This document shows, piece by piece, positions 8,808 through 17,000 of a DNA stretch of 64,000 nt. Source of the stretch: a virus; the IMG/VR virus record IMGVR_UViG_3300045988_115142, one strand, 5' to 3'. The stretch's first letter is position 1, and the number at the start of each line of letters is the position of its first letter. The position numbers were made by a program, and so were the translations under genes. Under the pieces are notes generated by a model. The model had not been told where the DNA came from, ran no database searches, and saw only the letters and a program-made list of their open reading frames with translations.

Positions 8808-9449
8808 TTAATCGTTATCGTATCCATGGATAGCAATACGGTTAGCTAACATACATTGGAACTTCTCATCAGGAGATTTACCAGGTTCTCTAACAATCTT
8901 CCATCCAAGATAGTTACACCAGTCCATATATTTATTAATATGACGGTTATCATAGAATGCCCATGGTGTATTCCAAAGGTTGTGTCCTTTTTCATATACC
9001 AAGTATCCATGTTTACCAGGTCCTTGAACTTTCTTCCAAATATATACCAACTTAGTTGGGCATACTCTTACAGAGAAGAAATAATATGCAAATCCATACG
9101 CATTATTTCTATATAACCAACAAACCCGAGATAAGTAACGTTTAATTCTTACAGAGATAGGAATATTAGGATTGATTACTTTAGATACAAACTTCTTACG
9201 GTTAAAGTCTCCTTCTTCAAGAAGTACTTCATCTTGTTTGAAGTATTTATTGTAATCATACTTTAAGAAACCCCAACCATATCTTTCAACATAGTCTTTG
9301 TTATCTAAAGTACTATCCCATGTTTGCCAATAGTGTAAGAAACCATGAAGTTCACCTTCTTCATCTGCAAATAATACAACTAACCAGTTAGTTAGGTAAC
9401 AGAGAAGAGTACATAGGATTTGACCAATAAGGTACAAGAAATATTTCAT
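8808..9449 (-). CDS. N-terminally membrane-anchored hypothetical protein (213 aa)
   Basis: AGGAGG RBS and an N-terminal TM helix (YFLYLIGQILCTLLCYLTNWLVVLF). The Trp/Tyr-rich soluble part has no confidently recognised family. Confidence 0.7.
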   Translation of the reverse strand: MKYFLYLIGQILCTLLCYLTNWLVVLFADEEGELHGFLHYWQTWDSTLDNKDYVERYGWGFLKYDYNKYFKQDEVLLEEGDFNRKKFVSKVINPNIPISVRIKRYLSRVCWLYRNNAYGFAYYFFSVRVCPTKLVYIWKKVQGPGKHGYLVYEKGHNLWNTPWAFYDNRHINKYMDWCNYLGWKIVREPGKSPDEKFQCMLANRIAIHGYDND

Positions 9450-9480
9450 ATCTTTTAGTCCTCCTTTCTTATTGATTTAA

Positions 9481-9918
9481 TTATATGTCAATAAGATCTG
9501 GAGTAGCCTTATTGATGTCATTACCGAATCTAAACTTAAGAGTACCACCTCGTGGTAATTCAGTAATCTCATCAATCATTAGAAGATATTTCTGATATTG
9601 GTTTACTTTGATAATAGGATAAGACATAGTGTCTGTATTCACATTATCAAACCAATACTTTTTAGAATGGAAGTTCTGTATTCTGATATTAGCTGCAGGA
9701 GATCCATCATTTTGACTTAAGAAAATCTGTACAGCAGTGATACCGCCAGGAATATTAAGCTCAAAGCTTTGAGAAAGGAAGGTTTTAGAGCCATCATTGG
9801 ACTTATACTTAGTCCATTTAAGCTCTCCTGTGGGGATCTCTTTAGTAACAACTTTAAGTTGCATATTATCTTTAATATCAAAAGTATAAGGAAGATCTTT
9901 AGTATTAATAATTTCCAT
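9481..9918 (-). CDS. hypothetical protein (145 aa)
   Basis: AGGAGG RBS, directly downstream of the LRR fibre gene. Confidence 0.7.
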   Translation of the reverse strand: MEIINTKDLPYTFDIKDNMQLKVVTKEIPTGELKWTKYKSNDGSKTFLSQSFELNIPGGITAVQIFLSQNDGSPAANIRIQNFHSKKYWFDNVNTDTMSYPIIKVNQYQKYLLMIDEITELPRGGTLKFRFGNDINKATPDLIDI

Positions 9919-9928
9919 TTAATCCTCC

Positions 9929-10963
9929 TTATTCTATTACAATAACTTTAGATTTATCTATCTTAGCTCTAGTACAGAATGTATCTATATCCGTAGGTAA
10001 GTTTTTGACTTTAACGGAAGTGAGTTTGGTGCAGTTTGTAAACATACTAGAATAAGCAGTGCATTTTTTAAAGTCTAAAATACCTGTTATTGTAGTAAGA
10101 GAGCCACAATCAGCGAACATATATCCCATGGAAGTTACTTTACTAGTATTCCATTTAGATAGATCTATAGAAGTTAATGAACTACAGTTATAGAATATAC
10201 CTTCCATATTTGTTACTGATGATATATTCCAATTAGATATATCTATAGAAGCTAATGAACTACAATAAGCAAATATATATTGCATGTTAGTTACATTACT
10301 AGTATTCCATTTAGATACATCTAGAGAAGCTAATGAACTACAAAAATTAAAAACATATTGCATGTTAGTTACATTACTAGTATTCCATTTAGATAGATCT
10401 AAAGAAGTTAATGATCTGCAACCATTAAGCATATATCCCATGGAAGTTACTTTACTAGTATTCCATGAAGATATATCGATAGATTTTAGATAATTAGCAC
10501 TGTTAAAAGCTTCAGTTAGGTCAGTTGCATCTTTAATATCAAATACAATACTATTTAAATTATACCCTGTGATACCATTTTGCGTTTTTATAGGTATGCA
10601 GAACTTTGTAAAAACACCATTCTTAGGTTTTAGAATATACTTAACATCTGGATTATAATCATCACCATAAAGCATCTTCTTAAATTCTAATGTAGGTTCA
10701 CCATCAGTACCGATATATTTGAAAGTATTTTTATCTATAGTTAAGTGTGAAGTAAAATATTCATCAGCATATGTCTTAGTATTTATTTCCTTTGTAATGA
10801 TATCCATAGATGTATCAATCCAGATGACATTATTCACATTCTCTGTTGGTTTATCATCAGATATCTCTAAAATAACATCAGGAGTGATAGCTACAAAATT
10901 GCTATTTAATTTAGAAATAGTTCTTCTTCTAGAATCACTAGAATATAATTTCTTAATCACCAT
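9929..10963 (-). CDS. BspA/DUF285-type leucine-rich-repeat fibre protein (344 aa)
   Basis: Five ~26-aa repeats of the form D(I/V)SxWNTSxVTxMxxxFxxCxSLxS(I/L). N-terminal '...P..N...IWIDTS' motif and a C-terminal VKVKNLPTDIDTFCTRAKIDKSKV block shared with 12759, 14040 and 19269. Confidence 0.8.
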   Translation of the reverse strand: MVIKKLYSSDSRRRTISKLNSNFVAITPDVILEISDDKPTENVNNVIWIDTSMDIITKEINTKTYADEYFTSHLTIDKNTFKYIGTDGEPTLEFKKMLYGDDYNPDVKYILKPKNGVFTKFCIPIKTQNGITGYNLNSIVFDIKDATDLTEAFNSANYLKSIDISSWNTSKVTSMGYMLNGCRSLTSLDLSKWNTSNVTNMQYVFNFCSSLASLDVSKWNTSNVTNMQYIFAYCSSLASIDISNWNISSVTNMEGIFYNCSSLTSIDLSKWNTSKVTSMGYMFADCGSLTTITGILDFKKCTAYSSMFTNCTKLTSVKVKNLPTDIDTFCTRAKIDKSKVIVIE

Positions 10964-10972
10964 AGTATCCTC

Positions 10973-11845
10973 CTAATACAATACAATTTCTAAAGACTCT
11001 GGAGCTTTAGAAGCTGTTTTAATCAATGATTTTAATTCATTTAAAGTCAGTTGATGGTTATCAAGACCATTATCTAATATATTTTTTATTTCAGGATCAG
11101 ATTCTGAAGCTGGTGTGGTTTTATAATTTAAAATCATTATATCTACACGTTTAAGAGAAGTACAACCTTCAAACATGGAATCGAAAGTTTTATTTATAAA
11201 TGCTTTAAATTCGTTAAACGAATCTCCCAATGCATAACCTTGTGCTACAGCTTTTAATCCACTACCTATAGAAATCCAACCATATATATGCTTTAAGTTT
11301 GTGCATCCTTTAAACATGTTTTTGAGTGAAGCACCACGAGCAAATAAACATTCCTTAGTTGCAGTAGTTGTTTGTATCGAATGATTTGTGAAATCGACAT
11401 ATTTTAAAGAACTACATCCTTCAAACATACTTTCACCAGATGTTAAATAATCACCATATATATTAGGAAATCTAGGAACTTCTTCTAGATTAGCACAATC
11501 TTTAAACATATTTTTTGTTGTATTTATAGCAACAGCTGTATTAGAATTATAGTCATTATCTGTAGCATACATCTTTGTTATAATATCATCATCTAACTTT
11601 CTAATTGTTTGATAGTTAGGAATATTCTTTAAAGCAAAGTTTTCGAAATAGTCTAATCCTTTTTTAATTATAGGGAAATCTTTTTTATCTGTATTTAAAA
11701 ATAAAGTATCGTTAGGTTGTACCCCACCAGGAGTCTCAGTAGCAATAATAGTTTTACCTTTACTACCAGCATCGGCAAATACTTTATTTAATCTTGCTAA
11801 ATTAGTTCTATTAAGAGTACTATTCTTGATAGGAGAGTTTGACAT
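10973..11845 (-). CDS. LRR (BspA-like, FxxCxxLxx(I/V) type) fibre-associated protein (290 aa)
   Basis: Repeats FKDCANLEEV / FEGCSSLKYV / FKGCTNLKHI / FEGCTSLKRV. AGGAGG RBS. Confidence 0.75.
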   Translation of the reverse strand: MSNSPIKNSTLNRTNLARLNKVFADAGSKGKTIIATETPGGVQPNDTLFLNTDKKDFPIIKKGLDYFENFALKNIPNYQTIRKLDDDIITKMYATDNDYNSNTAVAINTTKNMFKDCANLEEVPRFPNIYGDYLTSGESMFEGCSSLKYVDFTNHSIQTTTATKECLFARGASLKNMFKGCTNLKHIYGWISIGSGLKAVAQGYALGDSFNEFKAFINKTFDSMFEGCTSLKRVDIMILNYKTTPASESDPEIKNILDNGLDNHQLTLNELKSLIKTASKAPESLEIVLY

Positions 11846-11882
11846 TTAATTTTAATCCTCCTTTATAATTAGAATAAAAATC

Positions 11883-11908
11883 CCAAGAGTCTAATAATAG
11901 ACTCTTGG
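11883..11908 (-). terminator. hairpin ccaagagtct-aataat-agactcttgg
   Basis: 10-bp stem followed by a T5 run on the minus strand, 34 nt after the stop at 11943. Confidence 0.6.
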
Positions 11909-11942
11909 AGATTCTTTTGAAAATTATCTGATCATTATATTA

Positions 11943-12653
11943 TTAATGCTTTAGAATAGCACCTAGACCAAATATAGTTGTTAATACATACGCAAAATTG
12001 CGTTGATTCTTAGCAACTTTATACTTGTGTTCTATTGATTTTTTATATTGCTCAAACTCACTCTCCACTAGATCCAATTGAGTCTTTAATAGCTTTGAGT
12101 TCTTCGTTGCTTCGTCTAATGACTTCTTCAAGCTCTCTAGCTGTGCCTTTTGCTCCATCAAGGTATTCTTCACTTCTTGAGATTGATTTTGAGCTTGCTG
12201 ATTGGAGCTCATTGCGTTCCCGATTGAGTTGTTCGATTTTATCAACTCTTCCTTGAGTTGATTCAAGATTGCTTGTTGTTGATTGTAAGCTATCTTGGCT
12301 TGATCCAATTGAAGTCTGTAATCGTTCAACGAGCTCTTGAGAATTGTTAATTCCGTTTCTTGCTTCGTTGAGTTCTCTTCCAGTTGTTGATTGGTATTCT
12401 TCAATACGTTCAATTCCGTAGAGAGCTCTTGAATTTGATTGTTGAGCTTCATCGAGAGATCTGTTTGCATCTTCAAGGTTGCGGATAACATTTGAATTGA
12501 GTTCTTTTGAATATCTGATTGACTCTCTGATTTTACTTGAATCTGTTGGCTCGGATTTAGGTCCGAAGCAAGACTTTGTGAAGAGTACAATGGCAACAAT
12601 AAGAATGCAAATAGAGCAAATTTTAAGGATGTGCTCTTTATAGTTGTTTTCAT
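11943..12653 (-). CDS. alternative overlapping ORF (+1 relative to 12058..12702): signal-peptide-like N-terminus, Q/N/L-rich coiled coil, C-terminal TM (236 aa)
   Basis: AGGAGG RBS 8 nt upstream. In the overlap its codons are G/C-ending and atypical (6/19 and 10/19 A/T). Its 3' extension (11943..12057) has normal codon usage and encodes the TM helix FAYVLTTIFGLGAIL. Confidence 0.35.
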   Translation of the reverse strand: MKTTIKSTSLKFALFAFLLLPLYSSQSLASDLNPSQQIQVKSESQSDIQKNSIQMLSATLKMQTDLSMKLNNQIQELSTELNVLKNTNQQLEENSTKQETELTILKSSLNDYRLQLDQAKIAYNQQQAILNQLKEELIKSNNSIGNAMSSNQQAQNQSQEVKNTLMEQKAQLESLKKSLDEATKNSKLLKTQLDLVESEFEQYKKSIEHKYKVAKNQRNFAYVLTTIFGLGAILKH

Positions 12654-12702
12654 TTATTTTACCTCCTAAGGTCTGAAGTTTCTCTTTTAGTTTTTCTATC
12701 AT
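12058..12702 (-). CDS. N-terminal TM anchor plus long coiled-coil protein (214 aa); the frame favoured by codon usage
   Basis: AAGGAG RBS 10 nt upstream, immediately after terminator 12728..12753. In two 20-codon samples I translated, third positions were 14/20 and 16/20 A/T, typical of this genome. It overlaps 11943..12653 in another frame. Confidence 0.55.
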   Translation of the reverse strand: MIEKLKEKLQTLGGKINENNYKEHILKICSICILIVAIVLFTKSCFGPKSEPTDSSKIRESIRYSKELNSNVIRNLEDANRSLDEAQQSNSRALYGIERIEEYQSTTGRELNEARNGINNSQELVERLQTSIGSSQDSLQSTTSNLESTQGRVDKIEQLNRERNELQSASSKSISRSEEYLDGAKGTARELEEVIRRSNEELKAIKDSIGSSGE

Positions 12703-12727
12703 AAAGAAAATTCTCCTTAAAGAAATT

Positions 12728-12753
12728 AGAGAGAAGGTTATATCCTTCTCTCT
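12728..12753 (-). terminator. hairpin agagagaagg-ttatat-ccttctctct
   Basis: 10-bp stem directly after the stop of 12759..14021, with a T-rich tail on the minus strand. Confidence 0.6.
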
Positions 12754-12758
12754 TTAAT

Positions 12759-14021
12759 TTATTGAACTACGATAACTTTAGACTTATCTATTCTAGCTGA
12801 TGTACAGAATGTATCAATATCTGTAGGTAAGTTTTTAACTTTAATGGAAGTAATATTATAGCTATTTATAAATATCCCATTATAATAAGCACAATTCTTA
12901 AAGTCTAGAATACCATTTATTGTAGTAAGAGAACTACAATTAGCAAACATAAATGACATCGCAGTTACTTTACTAGTATCCCATTCAGATATATCTAGAG
13001 AAGTTAATGAACTACAACCGTTAAACATATTTGCCATATTGGTTACATTACTAGTATTCCAATTACTTAGATCTAAAGAATGTAATTTCGGACAACTGTT
13101 AAACATAGCTGACATGTCGGTTACATTTTTAGTATCCCACTTACTTACATCTAAAGAAGTCAATGAACCGCAATTCATAAACGTAGAATTCATATTAGTT
13201 ACTTTACTAGTATTCCATTTGCTCACATCTAGAGAAGATAGAGATTTACAGATATAAAACACAGCCGACATATTGGTTACATTTCTAGTATCCCATTTAC
13301 TTACGTCTAAAGAACTCAATGAATTACAGTTATAAAACATATTTGTCATGCTAGTTACTTTACTAGTATTCCATTTACTTACGTCCAGAGAACTCAATGA
13401 ATTACAGTTAAAAAACATATTTGTCATGTTGGTTACTTTACCAGTATCCCATTTACTTACATCTAAAGAACTCAATGAATTACAGCGATAAAACATATTA
13501 AACATATTAGTTACTTTATTGGTATCCCACGAAGAAGTATCAATAGATTTAAGATTATTATCATCATTAAAAACATCGTTTAGTGTATTTACGTTCTTAG
13601 TATTAAATACAACATCGTCCAAGTCATATGGTTTAATACCAGCCTGTCTTTCTATCGGTTTACAGAAATCGACTATAGTATTATTCTTCGGTTGAAGAAT
13701 ATACTTAGTATCTGGATCAAAGTCATCACCATAAAGCATTTTCTTAAATTCTAATGTAGGTTTGCCATCATCGCCAATATATTTAAAAGTACTTCTATTT
13801 ATACTAGGATGAGCTGCGAAGTATTCATTAGCGTATGTACGAGTATCTATTTCTTTTACGATAGTCTTAACGAATAAGTCTATCCATAAAGTTTTCTCAT
13901 CTGGATTAGCTGGAGGTTTAACGTCGAAATGATATTTATATCCTTTCTCGGATAAAGATAAATTCTTATCAATCTTCTCAGCTATCACTCTAGGAGAATC
14001 ACTAGATTTTAAAGTTTCCAT
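12759..14021 (-). CDS. BspA/DUF285-type LRR fibre protein (420 aa, 8 repeats)
   Basis: Eight consecutive 26-aa repeats D(V/T/L/I)SxW(D/N)TxxVTxMxxMFxxCxSLxSL. Its N- and C-terminal blocks are paralogous to those of 9929..10963. Confidence 0.85.
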   Translation of the reverse strand: METLKSSDSPRVIAEKIDKNLSLSEKGYKYHFDVKPPANPDEKTLWIDLFVKTIVKEIDTRTYANEYFAAHPSINRSTFKYIGDDGKPTLEFKKMLYGDDFDPDTKYILQPKNNTIVDFCKPIERQAGIKPYDLDDVVFNTKNVNTLNDVFNDDNNLKSIDTSSWDTNKVTNMFNMFYRCNSLSSLDVSKWDTGKVTNMTNMFFNCNSLSSLDVSKWNTSKVTSMTNMFYNCNSLSSLDVSKWDTRNVTNMSAVFYICKSLSSLDVSKWNTSKVTNMNSTFMNCGSLTSLDVSKWDTKNVTDMSAMFNSCPKLHSLDLSNWNTSNVTNMANMFNGCSSLTSLDISEWDTSKVTAMSFMFANCSSLTTINGILDFKNCAYYNGIFINSYNITSIKVKNLPTDIDTFCTSARIDKSKVIVVQ

Positions 14022-14039
14022 ATATCATTCTCCTTTCGA

Positions 14040-17000
14040 TTAAGAAACTATAGTAACTTGAGACTTATTAATTCTAGCAATACTACAGAATGTATTAATA
14101 TCTGTAGGTAAGTTTTTAATTTTTACATTAGTAATGTTAGTACAAGCATCAAACATCTTAGCATAGTTAGTACAACTCTTCATATCGATTACACCAATAA
14201 TGGATTTTAAATCCCTACAAGAATCAAACATACTTTCCATATTAGTTACGTTGCTAGTATCCCAATTAGTTATATCTAAGCTTTTAAGTTTAAAGCAAGT
14301 TTTAAACATCCAACGCATATTTTTTACTTTACTAGTATTCCATTTACTTACATCGATATTGGTAATTTCATTACAAGCATTAAACATACCTGTCATATCA
14401 GTCACATTAGATGTATCCCATTTAGATACATCTATATTTGTAAGTTTTAAACAGTTAGCAAACATAGCATACATGCTAGTTACTTTGCTTGTATTGAATT
14501 TAGACACATCTAGTGCAGTAAGAGATTCACATAAGTTAAACATATTAGCCATATTAGTTACCTTACTAGTATTCCATCTAGATACATCAACGCTTTGTAA
14601 TTTATCACAATAATGGAATATACCAGACATATCTTCAACATTGGAGGTATCCCAATTTGTAGTACTACCAATAGATGTCAACTTACTTGTTCTTATAGTA
14701 TTTACAGAGAACATATTTCTCATAGTAATTATTTTACTAGTATCCCAATTAGATAAATCTACAGAAGTTAAAAATGCCGAGGAGAACATCGAATCAGTAT
14801 ATTTTAAACTACTAGTATTCCACTTAGATACATCTATAGTTTCCAATCCAGTACCTTCGAACATTGAATTTGCGAGCTCTAATTTACTTACATTCCACTT
14901 AGATACATCTAATGACTTAAGATTTATAGAGTTTCTAAACATTTCATACATAGTAGTTACTTTACTAGTATCCCATTTAGAGACATCTAAAGCAGTTATT
15001 CCGGTATCCATAAACATATACGACATATCAGTCACGTTACTAGTATTCCACTTAGATACATCCAAATTTTTTAATTTAGAGCATAATGTAAAGATACTAC
15101 TCATATTCTCTACTTTGCTAGTATCCCATTTAGATACATCCAAAGAAACTAAATTTGAGCATCGATTAAACATATTATAGATTTTGGTTATGGTACTAGT
15201 GTCCCATTTAGATACATCTACTGTAGTAAGAGAACTACATGAAGAGAACATTCCAGTTGTTGATTTTACTCCATTTAAATTCCAATCTTTAGTATCTATG
15301 GTTTTTATATTTATATTATTAGCAAATGCCCCTCCTGCATCTCTAACTAACCCATAAGAGAAAATCTTATTCGTTTTATTCTTATCAGATTCACTCATAG
15401 TTTCTGGTAAGTTTTTAAATAAAACCCCAGTTGTTTCATATTTAAATTCAGGTTGTGAAGTTACTTTAACATCTCTATTTGTAGGATTGTTTATAGTACG
15501 AGTTGGTCCATCGAATTCGTATAATGAATCATCATTGTAAGTTTTAATATCAGCAGCAGGTTCGAATACTTCCTTATCCACATTAGTATATTTCAATACT
15601 AATGGTAAATTAGGTTTGGCTTTAAAGCTTTCAGTATAATCATTACCATTATAATTCATAACGATAGTCTGATATGGAGATTGTACTAGAGTTACATTAT
15701 ATTCATTAGCTCTAGGCACTGGAATATTGATAGTATTCGCTGTAATAGGAATTCTATATGTAGAACTATCTAAACTATCGATAACATAAGCTGGGGATTT
15801 AATATTTTCAGCAAATGCTGGAGTAATTTGTAATTTAATATTAGGAATATTATATACCCAGATAGTCTTATTTTTATTAAGACCATTGTATTGCTCATAA
15901 GGTATTCCTGCAAATCTTGCCTCTCTTATCGACTCAATCCAAGCCTTTGTAGGATCTTCAAATGTAACATCAATAAATTTAACTTCTGTAGGTGGTATAG
16001 CACCATCACCATCCATTATAGATGCATCAATATCATTGGTTGCATATTTAAATGTGTTGACAGGAAGGAAGTTTATGGTTTCATCACCAGATACATATTT
16101 TACTACCCCTGGTAATAAGAATGTTTTATTTGTGGTATTACTACGATCGAAATCAATACCATCCATAGATACCACAGTGTAGTCATCATCATATGGTACA
16201 ACATTGAAACGTACTTTAGTACCATAAGGAATTCTTTCACTGTTTTCATATCCATGACCAGTTTCATCTATAGCAATAATTCTATAGTAATGATCTTCTA
16301 CATTATGTGCAGTAAATAGATATGTCTTAGGAGTAGGGTTAGGTACGGTGATATTATTAGTAGCACCTACAGTGAATGTAACATCTTGAATTGTATCATA
16401 ACCAGTAATAGCTGCAGATTGCCTAATAGTTACATTAGCACCAAATGGAGCAACAAATTTAGCCCCACCACCTTTACCATTACCATTAGTAAATACAAGA
16501 GGAGTTGTAAGACCTTGGTAAGAAACTACATAAGAAGTATGCGGTAAGTATTCGTCATCTACGACACCATTAAATGCAGGCACAGTAATATTTACTACAC
16601 CATATGCACCTGTAGTAGGTACTACAGCAGCAGCACTAATATCTTTAGTAATAACAATACCAAGTTTACCATTAGCAGGATCAGTATTATAACCAGTAAT
16701 AGGCATAATAGTATCAGGTAAAGTAAAGTATTTGTTTTGTTTATTACTATAATAGAGTGGTAAACTATTAATTTCTGAAATAGTATGGTCAGTATCAAAT
16801 GGTTCGATACCTAAAGTAATTCTTGTACCATAAGGAATAGTATCGCTAGGTTGATACTTAGTACCAGCTGTATCGGTAGCAACAATCTTGAAGTAATTAG
16901 CTTCAGAGGAGTTAGAAGTAATTCTAAATCCTCTAGGAGTAGGAGCTGGAATAGTTACATTATTATCATCAGCTACTTTTACTGTAATATCATCTTGATT

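Noticed and set aside
12035-12256. A third open frame (plus strand, 73 aa) at the overlapping-ORF locus.
   Set aside because: The coiled-coil coding region is poor in stop-forming triplets in several frames. This ORF has no RBS and is most simply a compositional artefact.
14200-15180. Plus-strand ORFs (14200..14613, 14641..15180; likewise 10284..10493, 13039..13257, 19426..19710, 19984..20247) with a striking repeated 'LLVFHLDTS' peptide pattern.
   Set aside because: They are antisense shadows of the 78-nt LRR coding repeats on the minus strand. They lack RBSs and lie entirely inside well-supported minus-strand genes.
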